From NCBI GenBank assembly GCA_977017575.1, contig CDRNVI010000157.1, positions 22,748 through 86,747 on the forward strand: DNA of 64,000 nt, written 5' to 3'. The notes under the pieces were generated by a model, which saw only the letters and a program-made list of their open reading frames with translations, was not told the origin of the DNA and ran no database searches. Below are positions 47,254 through 57,349 of this stretch, in pieces (positions within the stretch are counted from its first letter, which is position 1; the number at the start of each line of letters is the position of its first letter). A program made the translations under genes and the position numbers. This stretch comes from Paramoeba atlantica (taxonomy: Eukaryota; Protista; Discosea).

Positions 47254-48502
47254 TTAAGTATAAGGTACGAACTCGAATGTTTTATATCGACATAACGGGC
47301 CATTGCTAACAATGACTTGAGTTCCACTAGCGGAGTAAAATATGTCTTTCGGCAAATCCATAACATTTAGCTTTCCTTGCAACATTTCATTACCACTTAG
47401 AAACGCAAACCTCAACGAGGCTGGAAGGGCAGAGAAGTCAACGTATCCTGAAAATTGGTTATCCTCAATGTTCAAAACTTCCAATAACGGAGGCAAATCG
47501 TAAAAATTGAAGGTTCCACGAAAGTTGTTCTCCTTTATTAATAGCGCCTCTAAAGTTTTAGGCAAAACGTCGAACGGAAAATCTCCAGAGAGCTTGTTGC
47601 GGAAAGCGAGTGTTTTATCATGCACTTATAGTGCAGAGATTTGCTCACCATGTCCTTATCCCGCATACGACGGGTGGATCATGTGAGGTTTCGTCCTCGC
47701 CGGAGGTGTGCGGGTGCGGAGAGCTGGCGTCCCAGGTGCAGAGAGCTCGGTTGTCATGTGCAGGTGCAGAGAGCCGGATGCGTAATCCCCATATTACAGT
47801 TTCGGGGGCAATCCGGGTGCAGAGAGCTGCGACAGAGCCGAGATGCGGAGAGCTGGGCGACCGCCAGGTGCAGAGAGCCGATTCTCGTCGGCGGAGGACA
47901 CGTCTAGTGGTCCTCAAGGGAGGCCACCGTGACGCATGGCCCTCTCGGAGAGGAAAAAGACAAGCCGAAAAAAAGCCGAGAGGGGGAAGCACACTCACTC
48001 CAGGGGAGTGAGTCGGGGAGGGGTGAAGTGGTGAAAGCGCGTCCCCTGCTTCAGCGACAAGAGGGACAGTTCCGACCTTAGTGCCGGCCGGCAACGGGCA
48101 TGAAAATACAGTAAGGGTATGCCCGTTGCCGGGGAAAGAAAGGATGAACTAAGGAAAAAGTACCAACAAGGTACAGAAACTGTATCTTTATCGAAATGCT
48201 TTTAACTGAGAAGGAAGATATCCGAGGTCTAATGAGCCGCAAAGAGTGTTATACGTCCACCTGATATCTGTCACAGTTCCATTCTTGTCACACTTAACTC
48301 CTTCCCACAGACATCCAGGACACTCTGTCGTCCAGGATTTACGAGGGTTGTCTATGCCTCTGACAAGCCGCGCTAAATCATACTCGATGGGAAGATCGGT
48401 GCCGCGTATCTTAGACCCGGGATAGAGTGCACTCTGTTTTGTACCGTTTTCCTTCAAATCCTGGTCAGCACAGTGCAAAAGACCCATTACATGAGACGTC
48501 AT
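47254..48502 (-). pseudogene. LRR gene interrupted in-coding by the SL-gene unit
   Basis: The 5' half (48192-48502) and 3' half (47254-47608) rejoin as KAFR|AFRNKLSG, matching KAFRAFHNKLSG of the paralogue 41160-41849. Confidence 0.92.
47609..48191 (-). ncRNA. Dispersed SL RNA gene repeat unit, copy 2, circularly permuted, blunt insertion
   Basis: The minus strand starts ATAAAGATACAGTTTCTGTACCTTGTTG|GTAC (48191-48164) and ends ...GATAAAACACT (47609). Joining the ends restores AACACTATAAAGATACAG..., similar to the kinetoplastid AACGCTAT...GATACAG. Confidence 0.8.
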
Positions 48503-49062
48503 GTGTAAAAGCTTTTATTTGCAAGAGAGAGAGTATGCGATACTCCGTAACCTTTGAAAGCAAGCTAATATTCGTAATATTTTAATATCCTCGGAATTAA
48601 ACGTAAACGTAAGGGAATATCCGCCATGGGTTCGGCAAATACTTTCACAAATCATATGTCAATGAATCAACGCATAATTTTTTATAGAACAGTGCTATAA
48701 ATTTCTGTCAAAAAACACGTGGAACGCGAAGCTAAAAGTAAGCACATAAAAAATCACTTTAAAATTGGCTCAACGGGGAAAACTACACGAAAAAGCCCAA
48801 ACCACACGTAAATAATTTCTCATACGGAAATAAAAATATCAACGCGTTGGGTCAGTGAAAAAAATCAATTTCATAATACTTTCGCAACTACCAAAACTAG
48901 AATCCATCACTTGAAATGTATCTTTTTGACTGCTACGAACCTGTTCCATGTCCATTCAAAATCATTTTCTCCTCTCACCACACCATAATCTTCCATGAAA
49001 AACCTAAACGAACCTATAAAATCGGTCAAAAAAAACGTGCCACGCCATAAAAACCCCCGCCC

Positions 49063-50028
49063 CTACATCTCAAAAATCACCTTAATCCGGTCATACGCCA
49101 CCACCACCAGCGACCCCCCGATCCCGCGAAACAGCTCCGGGACCATCCCCTTGTACATCCCCCGCACCCCCTCCCTCCTCACCACCTCCCGCGCACACCC
49201 CCACGCCCCCCCATACCGCCTCATCCCCTTCGGTTTCTCACTCTCCAGCATCATACGACGCCGGATCGTGTCAAACGGGTAGTTCAGCGGCATCACCACG
49301 GTCCGGGCCACCGTGACCGCCGCGAACGCGCTCACCGCCCCCCTCGTCCCCTTGTCCCCGGCCCACGGGTTACTCTCCTGGATCTGCTTGAAGCAGCCCA
49401 GCTGGCCGGCGCGGTACACGAACGCCCCCGCGACCGTCACCCCCCAGCCCGTGTAGAGCCCCCGCAGCCCCTGAGCCCTCACCGTTTGGCTCAGGCAATC
49501 CGCAATCCCCCCAAACTGCGGCCTCCCCGCTTTGACATCACTCGCCAGCCGGGTACGGGCAAAGTCGAAGGGGTAGCAGATCGTGTTCGCGACCCCCCCG
49601 GCCAGGCCCCCGGCGGTGAGTTTCACCGCGAAGCTTTTCCAAAATTCTTTTTTGGAATCCACATGGGGGAACAAATGGGAATTGATCCAATCGTTGAATG
49701 CGAGCGCGCTGCCCTGCTGGGGGGCGTAGCGCAGGCAGTTGACGAGATTGCCCCGCCAGAAGGCTTTGGGGCCCTGCTCGGTGTAGACCCGAGTGGCGCA
49801 GTCGACGATCCCGTTGTAGGGTCTCTGGGACCCGTTGAGGATGTCGGGGTGGCTCTGCATGGTTTGGAGGAGGAGTTTGATGCGCTCGATGGGGGCCATG
49901 AGGGTTTTGGAGAGGGTGCCGACGAGACCGCCGAGGAGGAGGTCGGAGAGGAGCTGGGTGAGGCGGGAGGGTGGGGGAGAGGGGGGTGTGGGGGTTGTGG
50001 ATTCTGAGGGAGACGTTGTGGAGGTCAT
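49063..50028 (-). CDS. AAC: Mitochondrial ADP/ATP carrier (SLC25 family), 321 aa, intronless
   Basis: Three PX[DE]XX[KR] motifs (PIERIK, PFDFAR, PFDTIR) and RRRMML, a variant of the AAC signature RRRMMM. Confidence 0.93.
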   Translation of the reverse strand: MTSTTSPSESTTPTPPSPPPSRLTQLLSDLLLGGLVGTLSKTLMAPIERIKLLLQTMQSHPDILNGSQRPYNGIVDCATRVYTEQGPKAFWRGNLVNCLRYAPQQGSALAFNDWINSHLFPHVDSKKEFWKSFAVKLTAGGLAGGVANTICYPFDFARTRLASDVKAGRPQFGGIADCLSQTVRAQGLRGLYTGWGVTVAGAFVYRAGQLGCFKQIQESNPWAGDKGTRGAVSAFAAVTVARTVVMPLNYPFDTIRRRMMLESEKPKGMRRYGGAWGCAREVVRREGVRGMYKGMVPELFRGIGGSLVVVAYDRIKVIFEM

Positions 50029-50196
50029 GGAAAGGGGAGAAATAGAGGGAGATGAATCCGAGATTAGGTTTATTTTTAAATACAGGTACGTAGATTTTCT
50101 TGGGAAAAAAAAATATTTTTTTTGCGAATTTTTTTTCTTAACGATAATACCACCCTTATTACAAGTCTCACGCCCCCAAAAAAATGAATTTCTTTT

Positions 50197-50550
50197 TTAT
50201 CCGTTTTTGCTCATTTTTGTTGCAAACAAGAGATCTCGTTTCCCCAGTCGCCGTTCTCTCATAGTGATTTCTGGATACCCGTAGTGTCCCGTCCCACAGG
50301 TGTATACTCGAGTAGCGCAGTCGACAATCCCGTTGTAGGGTTTCTGGGACCCGTTGAGGATGTCGGGGTGGCTGTGCATGGTTTGGAGGAGGAGTTTGAC
50401 GCGCTCGATGGGGGCCATGAGGGTTTTGGAGAGGGTGCCGACGAGACCGCCGAGGAGCAGGTCGGAGAGGAGCTGGGTGAGGCGGGAGGCTGGGGGGGAT
50501 GTGGGGGTTGTGGGGGATGTGGATTCTGAGGGAGACATTGTGGAGGTCAT
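50197..50550 (-). pseudogene. 5'-partial AAC copy (117-aa open chimeric ORF)
   Basis: The first ~84 codons of AAC fused to a repeat-derived tail CGTGHYGYP...KMSKNG*. Confidence 0.85.
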
Positions 50551-50750
50551 GGAAAGGGGGGTAGGGAAATGGAGAGAGGGTGAGGAAGGGAGGAAATAGA
50601 GGGAGATGAATCCGAGATTAGGTTTATTTTTAAATACAGGTACGTAGATTTTCTTGGGAAAAAAATATTTTTTTTTGCTAATTTTTTTTCTTAACGATAA
50701 TACAACCCTTATTACAACTCTCACTCCCCAAAAAAAAATGAATTTCCTTT

Positions 50751-51101
50751 TTATCCGTTTTTGCTCATTTTTGTTGCAAACAAGAGATCTCGTTTCCCCA
50801 GTCGCCTTTCTCTCATAGTGATTTCTGGATACCCGTAGTGTCCCGTCCCACAGGTGTATACTCGAGTGGCGCAGTCCATGATCCCGTTGTAGGGTCTATG
50901 GGACCCGTTGAGGATGTCGGGGTGGCTGTGCATGGTTTGGAGGAGGAGTTTGACGCGCTCGATGGGGGCCATGAGGGTTTTGGAGAGGGTGCCGACGAGA
51001 CCGCCGAGGAGGAGGTCGGAGAGGAGCTGGGTGAGGCGGGAGGGTGGGGGAGAGGGGGGTGTGGGGGTTGTGGATTCTGAGGGAGACGTTGTGGAGGTCA
51101 T
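50751..51101 (-). pseudogene. 5'-partial AAC copy (116-aa open chimeric ORF)
   Basis: Same structure as 50197-50550 with independent substitutions. Confidence 0.85.
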
Positions 51102-51267
51102 GGAAAGGGGAGAAATAGAGGGAGATGAATCCGAGATTAGGTTTATTTTTAAATACAGGTGGGTAGATTTTCTTGGGAAAAAAATATTTTTTTTGCGAAT
51201 TTTTTTTCTTAACGATAATACCACCCTTATTACAAGTCTCACGCCCCCAAAAAAATGAATTTCCTTT

Positions 51268-51580
51268 TTATCCGTTTTTGCTCATTTTTGTTGCAAACAA
51301 GAGATCTCGTTTCCCCAGTCGCCGTTCTCTCATAGTGATTTCTGGATACCCGTAGTGTCCCGTCCCACAGGTGTATACTCGAGTAGCGCAGTCCATGATC
51401 TCGTTGTAGGGTTTCTGGGACCCGTTGAGGATGTCGGGGTGGCTGTGCATGGTTTGGAGGAGGAGTTTGATGCGCTCGATGGGGGCCATGAGGGTTTTGG
51501 AAAGGGTGCCGACGAGACCGCCGAGGAGGAGGTCGGAGAGGGGGGTGGGTGGGTTGTGAGGGAGACGTTGTGGAGGTCAT
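51268..51580 (-). pseudogene. 5'-partial AAC copy with deletion and frameshift
   Basis: Outermost and most diverged copy; the frame from the ATG at 51580 is lost. Confidence 0.85.
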
Positions 51581-51828
51581 GGAAAGGGGAGAGAGGGTGA
51601 GGAAGGGAGGAAATAGAGGGAGATGAATCCGACATTAGGTTGTTCTAAATACAGGTGGGTTGATTTTCTTGTAAAATTTGATCTTAACGAGCATACAACC
51701 CTTCTCGTAAGCCTTCGCCCCCCCCCCGGCCCGACTTTGTTCTTTTTCATAAGGGGTAAAATAACTTACACTGTAAAACTTTATAATGATATACTGCTCT
51801 ATAGTATTTCAAAATACATTTTGTTATA

Positions 51829-52579
51829 CTGTACCCCCCCTAGTTATCTGTCACACGTCACCCCCACTAGTTATCTGTCACTTTTTGGGACTTGGATTTT
51901 TTTTCGTCGACTATGCCCCCAGTTAACTGTCACCTTTTAAAAATAGGTACAAAGCGTCACTTCCAAGGCGTCGATACATTCAATACATGGATACAACGTT
52001 TTTTATCAACCCCTCTCTCCCGTCGGACTGGTCAAGATCCCATATGTCTCATTTTGGATGCCTCTACACAGTACCGATTAAGTGAATCTGTACATTCCTC
52101 GGTCCGAAGCAGCAATGTACACATTCCTCGCCTACCTCCAAAGATGACTCATGTGTTTCAGCCTGCTGACCAGCACGTACTACGTTCAATTCGTCAGTTC
52201 AGTGTTACTGCAGGAGCTCGCTGCTAATAAGGGGACTGAGGATGTGCTTAAAAATTTGTTCCTAGGGGGCAAGTACGTAGTCCGACAGCGAAAGTATAAA
52301 TTTCTTTCCGAAGCTATTGGCAACACTCCGCCACGCGTAATTACGAAATCATGGGATGTTACGGGCATTTCTAAATATGTCTACTCGGACGTGATAGAGG
52401 CGGAGGTCAAAAGAACTTTCGACAAAATGAAAGAAGAGGCAGGTAGTACAGCTCAAATCCTTATTCGAATCGAAGTCTTTTCCCCGAAAGAAGTAAACGA
52501 AATCAGCCCGAACGAAATCAAGCGTCGTAACACAGGAAGTTCTTCGAGTTCTTTCAAAAACTGTAACGCTTATTGTTAG
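51829..52579 (+). mobile_element. pogo-like remnant (left TIR plus DDE_1 fragment)
   Basis: TA|CTGTACCCCCCCTAGTTATCTGTCAC; LILDAS...LPPKMTHVFQPAD, related to 32164-33789. Confidence 0.75.
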
Positions 52580-53273
52580 TTTGTATTTACTACTCTAAGT
52601 TTTTTACCTCATCACACGGTAGCTTCGAATGTTCGTTTGTTATTTATGCTACTCTAAATTTTTCACCTCACGGTAGCTGAATACATTTTCATCGGTTTTT
52701 AGAACTTTTCATTTTTCGGCTCTCCGAGAAAGGAGTCGACAAAGGGCAGGCATGGTCCCTTATTATTCCTCCCACCCTTCTCTATCCGACACGCTCTCTA
52801 AAAAAGGTTGAATACAACCCTTTGTAGAGTATCCCCGCTCAGAACAGAACTCCGCTTATCTCTGTCTCATCCTACCGACGGCCATTCTCCCCCACAACGT
52901 GAAGCTTATGAAATAAGAAAGGCTACGTGCCCCCAGTAAAGACTCGTGAAAATACTTGCGCGACTCATGTCGTACACAATATGTATCGTCCTCCGTTTAA
53001 TGCATATCGAAAGGATGTTTTACTTCGTTTGAACCTCAGCAAACAAGAGATTCTCACCGAGACGTGAAAAATAATGATGATTCAGAGAGTCGACTCCTAT
53101 CCAGGCGATTCTAGTCGCTTTCTGTGAACCTCTATAGAGTTCGGACTTGTTAATTTGAAGACACACAACATAAACCCCCTATAGGGGACATGGAGGGTCT
53201 AGGGGCACACACTTTTTTACAGGGTTCGCACAAACTATAATATAGTAAAATATAGTTTTTTCCATTGAATATA

Positions 53274-54022
53274 CAGTCCAGCTCTTGGCTTCCCCCCAGG
53301 CTCCAGAGCGTACCGTAAGAGCTTTTGGCCTAATTCCTTCGGCATTCAACAGATCTCAAAAAACTAGTGCGTTCCCCACCGTTGCTTTGCCTAGGACTCC
53401 CCCTGGGTCCTAGGTGGGCGTGGTGAAAGTTGGGAAATTTTCCCCAATTTGGTTTTTTGAAGGGGGTAAAAACATAAGAAATGTGTATAAATTCCTATGC
53501 ACTAGTACCCACAATGGTCTCCTTTAACGCGCTGCACAATGCGCAGGCGTTTAGGAACAGAATTTATACAATCACTTTTTTAATTTCCATCTAGACAAGA
53601 TATTACGTATAGTTTTTCTGTCTCTGCCAAAATTTTTGGCCAACGCATGAACACTAAGCCCCTTTTTACATTGGAGGACAAGTTCAAGGCGCTCTGGGAG
53701 GGTACATCGCACTATTTTATGAGTGATTGGGGGTGTTTTGTTTTTGGGAGAGTTGGCATATTGTCCTTGTGTAGATTTAACGGGAGTATCCCGCAAATAC
53801 ATTGAATGAGAAACCATTTATGAAGAAAAAAAACTCTGAAAAAATGGAAAAATTGGATTTTGTTTGTAAATTATGAAAAAACACCTATTTTTTCGTTTAT
53901 TTTTTAGCTATGATGCGCATAGGGGTCGGTATGGTCAAAAAGACGGCGGTAAACGCTCCAGTTTTTCGAGATCTGTTGAATGCCGAAGGAAATAGGTCAA
54001 AAGCTCTTACGGTGCTGGACTG
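53274..54022 (-). mobile_element. Internally deleted Tc1-like element, 749 bp, TA TSD
   Basis: TA|CAGTCCAGC...ACCGTAAGAGCTTTTG TIRs. The HTH fragment (53572-53817) lies next to the terminal codons INSVPKRLRIVQRVKGDHCGY*. Confidence 0.8.
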
Positions 54023-54315
54023 TAGTTACTATAAACCTAGGGACACGATAAGTCACCCCCCTCTAAAATTTGTGTAAAGTCTTCGCTTGGACTAATTTTT
54101 GTTGCATTTTGCAAATCTCGGTGACGCTTGTTTGCGCATATTTATAGTACTATTTACTATATTTTACTATAAAACTATAAGAAAACTATAAAGTTTTTTT
54201 TCACTTTACAAGTGATATTTTTTGAGTCCTCTCCGCTTGTGAGGACGTACACATGCCTCTACACGCTTTCTTACACGCTTACATACGTATGATATGACAA
54301 GAAATTATGAAAAAA

Positions 54316-54513
54316 ATGTAACCCAAGCTAAAGTGGACGAGGGAGCTAGTAAAAGCACCTTTGGCAAACCACCACAAAAATGGAAGGGCATGTCCCTTAA
54401 AGATTCTTTTGTCGCATCGGAATCCTTTACAAACCGGAAGAGACCATTCCATTTTTGGGGTTGTTTAAAGATGCTTTTAGAACCTCTCTTGTCCACTTTA
54501 GCCTGGGTTACAT
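54316..54513. mobile_element. Fold-back MITE, 198 bp
   Basis: ATGTAACCCAAGCTAAAGTGGAC...GTCCACTTTAGCCTGGGTTACAT; same family as 4277-4470. Confidence 0.8.
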
Positions 54514-55262
54514 AGCTATCGAAACATGCTTCCTCTTCCCCGAGGTTTCACCGCCGAAAAAAATCATCGACTAGTGCGTTATCTCCTCGGAAATAGCAAT
54601 GAAAAATAGAAATCTGAAATAGCAGTGAAGCGCATGCGAAAGGAGTGACGATAGTAAACACACACTTTCCACCGGACAACACACCGCGTAATTTATTCAA
54701 ACTCATAAGATTATATTTATTCAAATTCATAAAATTGTGAGCCGCGGTTATTCAGTCCCAAGACATAACGTCGGTGGCTCCAGCCAATGCACGGCGACAG
54801 TAATGTAGTGAGATTCGCATAAGGCCATCTGTCAAGGCCACACGATGGGACTGGGGTACGTCCCCTCCTGACATAAGTTACATTCAACCGCTTCTTTACT
54901 TCCCTCCGTGCGCAACACTTCAATAAAATAATCTTTGCAGAAACTAGCCCTCGTACCTTTTATATCGGGCATCAATTTTCGGGTTTAAAAATAGAAAAAT
55001 CGTACACAAATGAATTCTCTGTGTATTTATGGCGTGTTGGTGTGCTTCGGAGTGCTTAAAATGTGAAACAAAAAATATAGTTTCTTATAGTTTTTAAAAA
55101 AAAAGTTTATAGTAACTATATAGTACTATATTGATAGTTTTATAGTTTCTGCGAACCCTGCCTTTTTATATTTTTGTACTTTTTTAAAATCTTGTCCAAG
55201 GAAGTGGCAGATTGTGCCGCAGCTATATCATTTGAGTAGGGTACAACAAGTTGGGTACACAT

Positions 55263-55456
55263 GAGGGGCTGCGGGTCGTGGCATACAAGACCGCGCCTTG
55301 TTTTTGGCTTTGAGGGACAACATAATTCACGTTTCGTGTCCCTGGGTAGAGAGTAGGGCATAATTTGGTAAAAAAAGAATTTTTACTTCGTATACGGGGG
55401 TCAACAATTTCCGGCGGGCCCAAAGAGACCACGGCTAACGTCATCCGCAACCGCTC
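55263..55456. mobile_element. GAG...CTC MITE with TSD ACAT
   Basis: ACAT|GAGGGGCTGCGGG...TCCGCAACCGCTC|ACAT. Confidence 0.8.
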
Positions 55457-55713
55457 ACATGTGTAGTGTAATTTCTTTTTCAGTCGCTTTTATGTTTTCA
55501 ACTTAGAAATCACTGCTGCTGCGCGCTTCGCGTTGAAAACTACCTCCGCGTTTGATGAAGCGACTAAAAATATTTGGAGACGAAAACGATCATACAACTG
55601 ATGTGGAATCATACAACTTATGATATATCAACTTTGCTTGTTAAGTAATACTTTACTTGGTAAACGGAGCAGTATGGGTTTTGTGAGGGGAAAAGGTAGA
55701 GAAGAAAATTATG

Positions 55714-55923
55714 AAAACGTTTTGCGTCACCAAAGAAGGCGTCAGTTAAATCAGTTAAATGATTTTTCTTCATTTCTCACGGAAGATGTTCCACACTGAT
55801 GAAGCGCTTGTCAGGATCGCCCGGAGCTGAACTCAAATTCATCTCTGATTCGTGCAAGTGCTTCCGCTTCTTTAGCGAGGTATCACATTCTTCGGTGAGG
55901 TCATTTTCCAGAAGAGTGGACAT
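55714..55923 (-). pseudogene. Third decayed copy of the RRM gene
   Basis: MSTLLENDLTEECDTSL..KRKHLHESEMNLSSAPGDPDKRFISVEHLP*. Downstream 55483-55730 matches 44230-44480 inverted. Confidence 0.7.
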
Positions 55924-56319
55924 TGTATATTGAGACATTGCGTATTATCGTTAGCAAATATTTAAACCGATCGACACGAATAAGTCACCCCCCTTGGGAG
56001 CTCCGGTGGTCCAGAGTTGGAAAAAAAACGATAGTTCTGTAGGCTAAAAATGTGCAATGAAAAACATGATTGCCGCATCCTCTAACTTAAGCAGAAAAGA
56101 TTAACGAAAAAAACAATAAACAACAATATAATAATTGTATTTCGGTGTGTTAATAAGCGAAATGTGCTATATTAACGAAGCGTAGAACGAAAATTTAAGA
56201 CAAAGGTCCTTGGCGCTTCTAGGCGCTACCAGGAGCTCCCCCCCAGAGTCACCCTTCTCAGTACTACTACTCTAATCTTTAAAAGAAATTGAGATTTTGT
56301 CCACAAAATAAAAGAAACG

Positions 56320-57054
56320 CTACTTTAATAAACGTGCAATCCTTGTGTTCTCAATCTTCAGACCTGCGCGCAGCAGTAGGGGAATATGATATTCTTTCAC
56401 CTTACCGCAAAGATTAATGTTGTTTGCTAAATTTAACTCTTCCAATGAACATGGAATGCTACGAAGATCAATTTTTCCAGAAAAATTATTTTCTTCAAGC
56501 CGGAGTATAACCATATTAGGCAGTTTTCTGAAGCAAAGGTCTCCGGATAGCATATTTCTGCCAAGATAAAGGTATCGAAGCTGCGACGGCAATTTGGTCA
56601 GGCAAACTTCTCCTGTAAATTGGTTACCAGAGAGAACCAAAGTCTTTAAATCAGGAGGGAGAGCTGTCAAGTCCAATGTTCCGCTGAGCTGATTGTTGCG
56701 AAGGCTTAACGTACGCAGCTTCGGAGGAAACGTTTCAAGTGACACTTCGCCGAAGAGTTGGTTAACGTTGGCGTAAAAGATGTGAATCGTTTCGGGCAGA
56801 TGGCTGTAGTTTAACGAACCCTTCAATTCCCTCGACCACCACGATATGGACATTACACTATTGGTGTTGTTGCAATCGACACCACTCCACTTACAGGCCG
56901 GAGTAGATGTAGTCCATGATGAATTCGGATTTTCAACATCGTGTACAACTTGCTCAAGTTGAAATTCTTGTGGAAGATTTGTTATACTCACCTTTGCTGC
57001 ACGTCTTGCTATTTGCGGCGCTGGAATATCCGCGGCATGAATGGGCCGAAACAT
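56320..57054 (-). CDS. LRR protein, RRAAKVS subfamily (244 aa)
   Basis: LPQEFQL..SWTTSTPACKWSGVDC cap plus ~6 LRRs. Confidence 0.9.
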   Translation of the reverse strand: MFRPIHAADIPAPQIARRAAKVSITNLPQEFQLEQVVHDVENPNSSWTTSTPACKWSGVDCNNTNSVMSISWWSRELKGSLNYSHLPETIHIFYANVNQLFGEVSLETFPPKLRTLSLRNNQLSGTLDLTALPPDLKTLVLSGNQFTGEVCLTKLPSQLRYLYLGRNMLSGDLCFRKLPNMVILRLEENNFSGKIDLRSIPCSLEELNLANNINLCGKVKEYHIPLLLRAGLKIENTRIARLLK

Positions 57055-57349
57055 GAAACCAAAAATTATATGTATTTTTTTATGGAATCTTCAATTTGTT
57101 GGTCACATTAATTATTTTACCCTATTTTTCGTTAAAAACATTGGCTATATTGGTACTAATCCTTCCGCTTTCTTCCGCTTTCTTAGCCAATTTTTCATTT
57201 TTAGTCGCTTCGTTAAACGCAGTGGAAGTTTTTAACTTCTGTAGAAGTTGAACGACCTTCTCAACGGGGGGTATGGTAAGCTGGACAGTGGTTTACTTCG
57301 ATGAGAAGTTAGATTATATGTTATTAAGCGCTCTTTTAGCTTTCCGTAA

